A DNA stretch of 45,823 nucleotides from Tubiluchus corallicola (Eukaryota > Animalia > Priapulida). A model generated the notes under the pieces. The model saw nothing but the letters and a program-made list of their open reading frames with translations. It made no database searches and had not been told where the DNA came from. Positions 36,616-45,823 of the stretch are shown in pieces; within the stretch, counting starts at the first letter, position 1; every line of letters begins with the position of its first letter. The stretch spans positions 1-45,823 of the forward strand of contig JAQGDQ010001345.1 in assembly GCA_030141605.1 (NCBI GenBank), read 5' to 3'. The translations under genes and the position numbers were made by a program.

Positions 36616-37149
36616 CATGTATTTATTTATTTACTTATTTAAAAAACAAATATATGCAAGCAGGTGTCCCTCTATTTGCAGATACTTCTTCTACATGTAA
36701 AAATTTGAATATATTAAGATATTTCACTTTATTCTCGAACTAATGTCATAAGTCATAAGTCATTTTATTTACCATGACACATTTACAATAAATTCATATG
36801 CAATATATAGTGAAAGAGCCTACAATGAACATAATACAAATAAGCTTTTATTGTTTCTGCACAGGAAAAGCCTCACACGCTGTTCACCTATATACGAAGG
36901 TAAATGTGTTGCGGGCAATCAAAAAGCAGGGCTTGTTAGATTGTCCCACACTGTGAAAGAAAAAAAGTAATGGAAATAATCTGAAAATTTAAAGTGAATC
37001 GTATGATAAAGAAAACATTTAGTGCTTAAAATCGAATGATGTAATGAATGAAGCTCATATATGAGATGATATAAAAGATAGAAAGACTATTATTTGTTAA
37101 TAGTATGTAAGATTAAGATAACTTGATTAAGATAACACCACTGTTTTGC

Positions 37150-38730
37150 CACTACTGTGAGGATGGATACTGATAGAAGTTTTGATTACTCACTGATACT
37201 TACTTAAAATTTGATTTTTTAGCATTTTTTTAAACCTAGTAATATACCTGCTATTTTTTACGGATTGACAAATCTCATTCCAAACTTTTGGTCCTTGAAA
37301 TATAATAAAATGTTTAGCTATGTTGGTTTTATAGATAGGCAGAATGTATTGATTATATCTTGTGTTATGTCTCTTAGATGTCAATTTGACAGGAATCGAA
37401 AAAAAAACTTGGGAAATAGTCTATTATTGCATTTATACATGAACACTGCAATATTTAATTTAATTAAGTCATCTAATTGCATAATTCTACATTCACGGTA
37501 ACGAGGTACTTCACTACGTTTCTGTAGGCCATACATTAACCTTAAAATTTTTCGTAGCAACATTATTAAGCATTTCAGTTTAGATGGATATGTGGGGCCC
37601 CAAATTATGCTGCAGTAATTGAGATTGGTAAAACCAGTAATTGGTAAAACCAGACTATTATACAAGATTAGTAAGTGTTCTTTCGAAAGGCTGTGTTTGA
37701 TGTGAGTAATGAGGCCTATATTTTTAGCAATTTTAAGTCTGATGTAAGAGATATGTGATTGCCAGTCTAAGTGTTCATGTATGACAATACCCAAGAATGT
37801 AATCTGTTTTACTTGCTGAATAAAACTATTTTCAACTTGTAATGTCAAATTTGGCATTCTTTTGTTTCTTGATCTAAAAACTACAAATTTAGTTTTGGAA
37901 GCATTTAAGTGGTAATTTATTACTCCTAAATCAGTTTGATATTTTCTGCAATTCATTGTTTATTTCAGCTTCATTAACAGTATTATAATATTTAAATATT
38001 AAACTGGTATCATCAGCAAACAGCAGGATTTTTTCATTATTAATACAATGTTTTATATCATTGATGTACACAAGAAACAAGAGTGGAGCAAGTATCGGCC
38101 CTTGTGGAACACCACAAGATATTAATTTTGAATTAGATATATAGTTATTATAGTTTACTGCTTGTAACCTGCCAGATAGTTAACATAGTGGCATAATTTG
38201 TTAATTAAAATTTTGTGATCAGCAGTGTCAAAAGCTTTTGACAAATCACAGAATATACTCACAGATAACTTATTATCTGATTATGTTGGTCAGCATATCA
38301 ATTAAAGCCATTTCTGTAGTACTGCCTTGACGAAATCCATACTGTGTGTCGTTTAATATGCTTTGTTTATGTAAATAATCTGTAAGTTTCAAAGACACAC
38401 ATTTCTCAATAATTTTCGAAAAACATGGCAGTAATGAAATGGGCCTATAATTATTTATACAGTGTGGATCATCAGCTTTATGAATAGGAACTATTATGGA
38501 TTGCTTTAGCTTATTAGGGACAATTCTAGAGGTACGTGATAAATTAATAATATGGGTTAAAGGTATGGCAATATAGTCAATAATATCAAGCATTATTCTG
38601 GGAGAGAGCTGATCCATACCGGTACTTTTATTTGGGCAGAATGATTTGCAGATTCTAATGATTTCATCTTTAGTTACAGGTTGAAAGAAGAAGGAATGCG
38701 AGTAATTTCCTTTAAGATAAACGGTCATCC
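37150..38730 (-). pseudogene. 5'-truncated, frameshifted non-LTR retrotransposon reverse transcriptase (CR1/L2-like)
   Basis: Motifs YRPISLLPCFSKIIEK, QYGFR, DLSKAFDT, GVPQGxILAPLLFLVYIND, LFADDT and LNYCSIIWG are spread over broken frames. Confidence 0.92.
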
Positions 38731-38916
38731 ATCTTTGCTTGGGTCACAGAGCTTTCAGTCGAACAAACAATTTAGGTTTAAATTAAATTTGCTCAAATTG
38801 CTTTGTGTGGGCGTCGGTTGTCTAGTAGATCTTAGAGGTGCAAGTTCTCCAAGCAACAGACAACGTAAAGGTTGTAAAGATCGTGCTTTGGGTGAAGTTT
38901 TCACTCAGTTTTAGGC

Positions 38917-39120
38917 TAAGACTCCATGTGCGCGTAATGCGCGATCCGCAAACGGTAATGCGTGATGCGTATTCGGACGATAGTGACCACGTTCGAGTGA
39001 ATGCGCATCGCGATTTACGTACACATGAAAACACTCCCACGCCTTTAAATATAAACTGATGTATATACGCATTACGGATCGCACATCGCGCATTGCGCAT
39101 TACGCGCACGTGGTGTCGTA
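38917..39120. mobile_element. Palindromic MITE-like element
   Basis: ccatgtgcgcgtaatgcgc ... gcgcattacgcgcacgtgg inverted ends. Confidence 0.65.
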
Positions 39121-39339
39121 CATTTACATGCAGCTTTCATGAATCTGTACTTTGTGCAGAAATCACACAAGTAACGCGAGGGAACATCCAAAAAACGAGG
39201 CTATACGCAGTACGTTTAATGCCTTCAGTAGCCAGGCCATGTTAGCGTTTGCATACAAGCAAAGCAGGTTCACTTTCCTCTGACAGCTGGCTTCAAGGTA
39301 GACCTATCATTGGATGAAGATTAAGAGATTAAGGCTCAG

Positions 39340-40224
39340 ACATGGTGACTTCGTTCTTTTTGTTTCTTGTCAATCAGAACATCACGTATCGCCTGCAAAC
39401 ATGGCGACTTCTTTGGCTTTGTTTCTTGTAAATCACAACATCACGTACCGCCTGCAAACATGGCGACTTCGTTGACGTTGCTTCTTGTCAATCATAACAT
39501 CACGTACCGCCTGCAAACATGGCGACCTCGTTGACGTTGCTTCTTGTCAATCATAACATCACGTACCGCCTGCAAACATGGCGACTTTGTTGACGTTGCT
39601 TCTTGTCAATCATAACATCACGTACCGCCTGCAAACATGGCGACTTTGTTGACGTTGCTTCTTGTCAATCATAACATCACGTACTGCCTGCAAACATGGT
39701 GACTTCGTTCTTTTTGTTTCTTGTCAATCATAACATCACGTACCGCCTGCAAACATGGCGACTTCTTTGACGTTGCTTCTTGTCAATCATAACATCACGT
39801 ACCGCCTGCAAACATGGCGACTTCGTTGACGTTGCTTCTTGTCAATCATAACATCACGTACCGCCTGCAAACATGGCGACCTCGTTGACGTTGCTTCTTG
39901 TCAATCATAACATCACGTACCGCCTGCAAACATGGCGACTTATTTGGCTTTGTTTCTGGTAAATCATAACGACACGTACCGCCTGCAAATATGGCGACTT
40001 CTTTGGCTTTGTTACTTGTCAATCATAACATCACGTACCGCCTGCAAACATGGCGACCTCGTTGACGTTGCTTCTTGTCAATCATAACGTCACGTACCGC
40101 CTGCAAACATGGCGACATCTTTGGCTTTGTTACTTGTCAATCATAACATCACGTACCGCCTGCAAACATGGCGACCTCGTTGACGTTGCTTCTTGTCAAT
40201 CATAACATCACGTACCGCCTGCAA
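39340..40224. repeat. 59-bp tandem array, ~15 copies, overlapping the GPCR stop codon
   Basis: catcacgtac recurs (with minor variants) every 59 bp from 39380 to 40206. Confidence 0.95.
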
Positions 40225-41365
40225 TGTTAACTGTCTTTTGACCTGCCTGAAAACTAACTCTATACTGTGTCTTTGAAATTAATTCTGGTGGAGGGAGAGC
40301 ATTCTGATGATGGTTTTGTGAACTCGTTGTCTCGCCCCAGTATTCCATGGAAGCATTTGCACACGTGCCACACAACAAACGTTTATAAGCTCTTCTAAAT
40401 ATGGCCATTCGATAGCCGTAAATAAACGGATTTAAAATAGAATTGAGGGCCGTAAATGAACCCAGGAATTGAGTCAACAACTGATTGTGCCTCTCCGGGT
40501 GGATGGCAAACACCACAAACACCACCGACAACGGCAACCAGCTGACAAGAAATATGACGACGATAACGAACACGGTAACGGCAGTTTTGGCTTCGCGTTT
40601 ATAGTTTATGGAACTTCCGGTGGATGCGTTTCGTCCAACTTGCGGTTGCGCGGCGATCTGACGCAAATGTCGGCGAGTTATGAGAAAAATACGGGAGTAT
40701 ATGTACACTAGGACAACGGCTGGAATGTACAACTGCGGAAACGGTTTGATGAGCAAATAGGTGACGGTAATGAGGGACCAGTCGCAATGACCCTCGTAGT
40801 CACTGGTTGCGTAGATTGCTGAGGTTCCCAGTACAACGCAGAGAATCCAAACTACAGCACAGGACAGAATCGCTCGACTGTCCGTTACCACGCGTTGATA
40901 TAGGAAAGGTCGTGAGATCTTGAAATATTGTTCAAGGGAGAGTAATAACAAACTGTAACATGCTGCTCCCGAACCCGTGCCTTTCATTGCCAAAGTGAAC
41001 ATGCAGAGATGATACTCCATATGATCCATGAGCAATAAGCTGATGATGTTCACTAAGAAGGCAAGACCTATTGACGTATCTGCTAGTGCCAGGTTGGCCA
41101 CGAATAAGTACTTTGGTTCTCTGAATGTGTCATACTTGGCTATGACGGTGATAACGAGGATGTTCATGGACATAACCACAACGGAAAACAGCAGCTGTAT
41201 GACGCCGATTGGTAGCTTCCACTTCATTATGTCATCGCTGCTGCCATCGTCATCGTCATCATCGGTATGGTTAGTAGAGTCGTTGGTTTTAAAGGAGAAA
41301 ACAGTTGAAAGATTTTCCAGTTCAAAATCAGTTTTGAAGACATTCATAAGATTACTTAGAGTCAT
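40208..41365 (-). CDS. Rhodopsin-like (class A) GPCR, orphan, adenosine/aminergic-receptor-like, 385 aa
   Basis: Seven hydrophobic helices with NLALAD, EQY (DRY position), SWLP and NPFIY. A polyT-cag acceptor at about 41387 and an in-frame upstream stop imply a non-coding upstream exon. Confidence 0.93.
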   Translation of the reverse strand: MTLSNLMNVFKTDFELENLSTVFSFKTNDSTNHTDDDDDDGSSDDIMKWKLPIGVIQLLFSVVVMSMNILVITVIAKYDTFREPKYLFVANLALADTSIGLAFLVNIISLLLMDHMEYHLCMFTLAMKGTGSGAACYSLLLLSLEQYFKISRPFLYQRVVTDSRAILSCAVVWILCVVLGTSAIYATSDYEGHCDWSLITVTYLLIKPFPQLYIPAVVLVYIYSRIFLITRRHLRQIAAQPQVGRNASTGSSINYKREAKTAVTVFVIVVIFLVSWLPLSVVFVVFAIHPERHNQLLTQFLGSFTALNSILNPFIYGYRMAIFRRAYKRLLCGTCANASMEYWGETTSSQNHHQNALPPPELISKTQYRVSFQAGQKTVNIAGGT

Positions 41366-41559
41366 CACTTTTTCTCAAGTTTTACCTGAAAAAAAAAATC
41401 ACAAACACATTTTATATTGTTCAAAACAAAATAAGCAAGTTAACCATAGACCTGTATGTTATTGTGTTGTTTAAACACAAGAAAACGCTCTTCAGAAATA
41501 AAGCTTGAAAAATTAGATTTGAAATTTTACATAACTTACATGCTGTCTTATTGCATGCA

Positions 41560-41890
41560 GAGTTTGCGTTTATAGCAACACTGTATAAAACTTAAAACTC
41601 TCGGGATGACATACTGGCAAGTCGTTTGAAACAACGTAGTATTTTCGTAGTATTTTCTTCACTAAGTGAACGAAAGTTTAAATTTCTTTATATTGTCGAG
41701 AAAATCAATAATGCATTTCTGGTGAACCATTGTTGCACACTGGGATGGCTATGCAGTGACGTTTACCACATGGTGGGAATATTTTAAATTCCTAAAAATT
41801 TTCTTTTCTAGTTCATAAGTCTTTCAAGAAGGTAAGCATATATAACTTTGTATGGAAAGTTCTTTATGGCATACGTTAGAATTCCATATT
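41560..41890. mobile_element. Family 4 repeat copy
   Basis: Similarity to 6850-7235. Confidence 0.5.
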
Positions 41891-42412
41891 CTATCCCTTT
41901 AGAGTAAACTGTGTTGGAAACATTATCACTTCCTGTAATTTTCTCTTATTGATTTTCCAAAAGAATTTTTTGTGCACAAATTTCAGCGTTAATTTTCAGT
42001 CAACAGTTTTCACTTTCACAACACGATTTATACTGGAAATTCTATTTAGTTGTTTGAAATCCGGAGAAATCTGGCGCACCTGCGAGCAATATTAATAATT
42101 CAGCAACATCAGTGCCGCCTGCAATCACAGTCGGACCCGTTGACGTTATTCTCAATGTTTATTCTGCGCTTGTTCAAGCTTAGATTATAGAAAGCCAGTG
42201 TTGATTCAGCGCACCAATCGTATCATATTTACGTTGGGTTTTATTGTCAGTAGGTGGCGTGGCTGCTTCTGCAAGCACAGAGTGAGTCACATGAGAATTC
42301 AACATATTAATGAGATTTATATTAGCATGAACACAGGTTTCTTCTGATGATTTGGTGTGTTTACTCGACTGTTATTAGAAAGAATAGCCTTGACTTTGTA
42401 ACTTCTTTAAGA

Positions 42413-43100
42413 ATTTTCTCTTCTCTCTAAGAGTTCAGTCTAAGATTTCTCTCTGAGACTCTAAGGTTTCTCTCTGAGAGTTCTGTATAAGACTTCTCTC
42501 TAAGAGTTCTCTTTAAGATTTCTCTCTGAGAGTTCTGTCTAAGATTTCTCTCTGAGACTCTAAGGTTTCTCTCTGAAAGTTCTGTCTAAGAGTTGTCTCT
42601 AATACTTCTCTCTGAGAGTTCTCTTTAAGATTTCTCTCTGAGAGTTCTGTCTAAGACTTCTCTCTGAGAGTTCTCTCTGTGAGTTCTGTCTAAGACTTCC
42701 CTCTGAGAGTTCTCTTTAAGATTTCTCTCTGTGAGTTCTGTCTAAGACTTCTCTCTGAGAGTTCTTTCTAAGATTTCTCTCTGAGAGTTCTCTCTATGAG
42801 TTCCTTCTAAGAATTCTCTCTGTGAGTTCTGTCTAAAACTTCTCTCTGAGAGTTCTCTCTGAGAGTTCTTCTAAGAATTCTCTCTGAGAGTTCTGTCTAA
42901 GACTTCTCTCTGAGAGTTCCGTCTAAGATTTCCCTCTGAGAGTTCTCTTTAAGATTTCTCTCTGTGAGTTCTGTCTAAGACTTCTCTCTGAGAGTTCTTT
43001 CTAAGATTTCTCTCTGAGAGTTCTCTCTATGAGTTCTTTCTAAGAATTCTCTCTGAGAGTTCTCTCTAAGATTTCTCTCTGAGAGTTCTGTCTAAGACTT
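42413..43100. repeat. 13-bp-unit minisatellite (TTCTCTCTGAGAG / TTCTGTCTAAGAC variants)
   Basis: Direct reading. Confidence 0.92.
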
Positions 43101-44529
43101 TTAAGTTAAAACTCTCAAGCTTGCAGTAACCTGGCCGAATAAAGCCGTTCACACTTGCGAGTTCACCGTCAGAGAGAACTCTCGAGAGAACACCCTGCAG
43201 TGTAAACGCATCGTAAGAATTTTCTCTCAATTTCCTACTAAAACTCTAATGGATCTGACAACCTACAAGAGTGTAAATATCAAAATTTAATGCAGAGGGT
43301 TTAATAGCCTGATTTTCCAGGTAATTTGTTTAAACAATCAGTTATGCAAGAGTAATATAATCTGACGCATGCGCTCACTGAATGTTAAAATATTGCGTGG
43401 CATTAATTACATTATTGTTACACGGTACTAGCTGGTGTCCGACTAACCATACGCAATGTTCCATTTGCAGGGTAAGAGTGCAGTAATACACATAAAAATA
43501 CACTACATATTAAAGCTCAGTATAAATGTAAATCCATGCGCACATATATATATTTGTTAACTTTGATATATTTTGTTGTTAAAAATCTTGTCAGTTTGTG
43601 ATGTCATCACTAGTTGGGCTCACATCGGCCGTAATTAAGACTCTAATATACCAAAAACGGTTTTGCAATATTATTATTATTGTTAAAATTGTACTTCTTA
43701 CCACACTTCAAAATTGGTTAGTATTTGAAAAATCATCATGTGTTCCTTTTATTGTTTTAGAAACAAGGGGGGAGGGAAACGTCATCGAAAAGTTGAATTT
43801 GATAAAAAACGAACAATATATTATACCGTTAGGTAAGTTTGTTGGCAAGTTAAAAAACATACGAGTTTTCGTTTTTAATCTTTGCTGGCAGACACTTAAA
43901 TCGTGACTCATTCTAAATGAACCTCAACCATTTTAGGAAAGCGCTTGAATGAAATTTCCTCACTTTAGCTGCGCAATACCTCTGCAGATGCAGTAAAATA
44001 ATTCGTTGTGTTGGTTGTGTATAGCTGATTATTTGTGTTTTAGGGATGGCAAAACTATGAAGAGTCCGATTATAAAACTACACGTTTATTGAACATCAAG
44101 CACAATAAATATAACAGATAGTAATGCCAAGCCCCCTGATCTAGCCTCCTCTCCTTCAGCTCCCAGACTCGATCTCCTGAGCTGGGCGCATCACAAGGCT
44201 TATATATCGTGCGCCGAGCTTCGACGCGTCGACGCCTACGCTTCGGTTCTGAATCACTTGCTCTCGTGACACTACACCTTAACTGGCTTCATGCCAGCAT
44301 TCATCAACATAATTATCTATCATAATCTAACGCTTTTAACATAGTTTAACAGGTTCTCTTTACTGATGCAGTTTGAAAAAGACAAAGGCAAAATTTGTTT
44401 AGGATCACTCATTTAACAGACAACATTAGCACTAACGGTTATTTAGTGACTTACACTTACAACAATACAGGTAAGTACGCAACACACAAATAACGAATAA
44501 CATGTAGAGTATATCTCCTGGCGTTGGCA

Positions 44530-44592
44530 GGCGCCGGACTCGAACTCAAGACTGCGTGGTTGCAGTCCGAAATCTACACCACTCAGTCACCG
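44530..44592 (-). mobile_element. tRNA-like SINE head remnant
   Basis: Minus strand GGTGACTGAGTGGT ... GAGTTCGAGTCC. Confidence 0.45.
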
Positions 44593-45014
44593 AACTCAGC
44601 ACGCATTCACCCACGATGCTTTGTGAAGCATTTACATGTTTGGATACTTTCACAGTCTCGCAACAGCTAAATGGAAATCTCGATAATGCAAAACGCTATT
44701 AACTCATTACTGTGAACAATGAGCAATATAAAATACAAAATGGAGAAATGGTTAGTAACACAGGAATGCTAATAGACGGCGCTGTCTGCGGCTTTGAACA
44801 AGCTAGAAAATAACTTACAAACGTCAATAAACAGAGAGCAAAGTTAAGAGACAACATTTTGTGAGAATGTAATTATACAATCAGGGCTTCACAGCGGGGC
44901 CTATGACCCTTTGTTGGAGACAGGGCCGGCGCCAGGAAGTGCGGGGCCCAATTGGGGCCCTCTACCCTAAAAGCTGAAAAGCGATGTTTTATGCTTCATG
45001 TAGTACTTCAGTCT

Positions 45015-45823
45015 GCAGGGTCACAATGCAGGATGACAATGCAGGATCACAATGCAGGATCACAATGCAGGATGACAATGCAGGATCATAATGCAGGGTC
45101 ACAATGCAGGATCACAATGCAGGATCACAATGCAGGATCATAATGCAGGGTGACAATGCAGGATCATAATGCAGGGTCACAATGCAGGATCACAATGCAG
45201 GATCACAATGCAGGATCATAATGCAGGGTCACAATGCAGGATGACAATGCAGGATCACAATGCAAGATTGCAATGCAGGACACAATGCAAGATCACAATG
45301 CAGGATCATAATGCTGGATCACAATGCAGGACACAATGCAGGATCACAATGCAGGATCACGATGCAGGACACAATGCAGGATCACAATGCAGGATCATAA
45401 TGCAGGGTGACAATGCAGGATCATAATGCAGGGTCACAATGCAGGATCACAATGCAGGATCACAATGCAGGATCATAATGCAGGGTCACAATGCAGGATG
45501 ACAATGCAGGATCACAATGCAAGATTGCAATGCAGGACACAATGCAGGATCACAATGCAGGATCACAATGCAGGATCACAATGCAGGACACAATGCAGGA
45601 TCACAATGCAGGATCACAATGCAGGACACAATGCAGGATCACAATGCAGGATCACAATGCAGGATCACAATGCAGGACACAATGCAGGATCACAATGCAG
45701 GACACAATGCAGGATCACAATGCAGGATCATAATGCAGGATCACAATGCAGGATCACAATGCAGGATCACAATGCAGGATCACAATGCAGGACACAATGC
45801 AGGATCACAATGCAGGTCACAAT
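45015..45823. repeat. 12/13-bp minisatellite (CAATGCAGGATCA)n running off the window
   Basis: Direct reading. Confidence 0.97.

Noticed and set aside
36366-36743. Poly-His/Tyr and poly-Asp ORFs
   Set aside because: (ATT)n(CAT)n microsatellite
39340-40224. CRISPR-like appearance of the 59-bp array (and the 70-bp array)
   Set aside because: Units are contiguous without unique spacers, there are no cas genes, and the context is eukaryotic
44952-45733. QDHNAGSQCR repeat ORFs
   Set aside because: The 12/13-bp minisatellite shifts frame and contains stops

Overview
This is AT-rich, intron-containing metazoan DNA. It is not prokaryotic, and the TTAGGG-type repeats, V-SINE-like elements and LINE content suggest a non-arthropod invertebrate. 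By chaining GT-AG junctions by hand I reconstructed a complete 13-exon minus-strand gene, gene B (CDS 27242->9988, 3138 nt, 1045 aa, all intron phases consistent). It encodes a secreted protein with a large-lipid-transfer (vitellogenin-N/MTP-like) module, four furin-type sites and a strongly acidic segment. Its C-terminal ~281 aa form a strongly cationic, Trp/Tyr-rich domain. The first three exons of a tandem paralog, gene A (6473->397), continue off the left edge. A single-coding-exon class A GPCR with EQY in place of DRY lies at 41365->40208. The rest is microsatellites, TTAA-flanked MITEs, hAT-like MITEs, SINEs and dead LINE fragments. The most unusual items are four: the precursor architecture of gene B; a 70-bp array that repeats an exon end plus a 13-nt GT...AG spacer eight times; a 59-bp array amplifying the GPCR stop codon; and a minimal hammerhead-ribozyme motif at 8251-8296. 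All counts and alignments were done by eye and no databases were searched.
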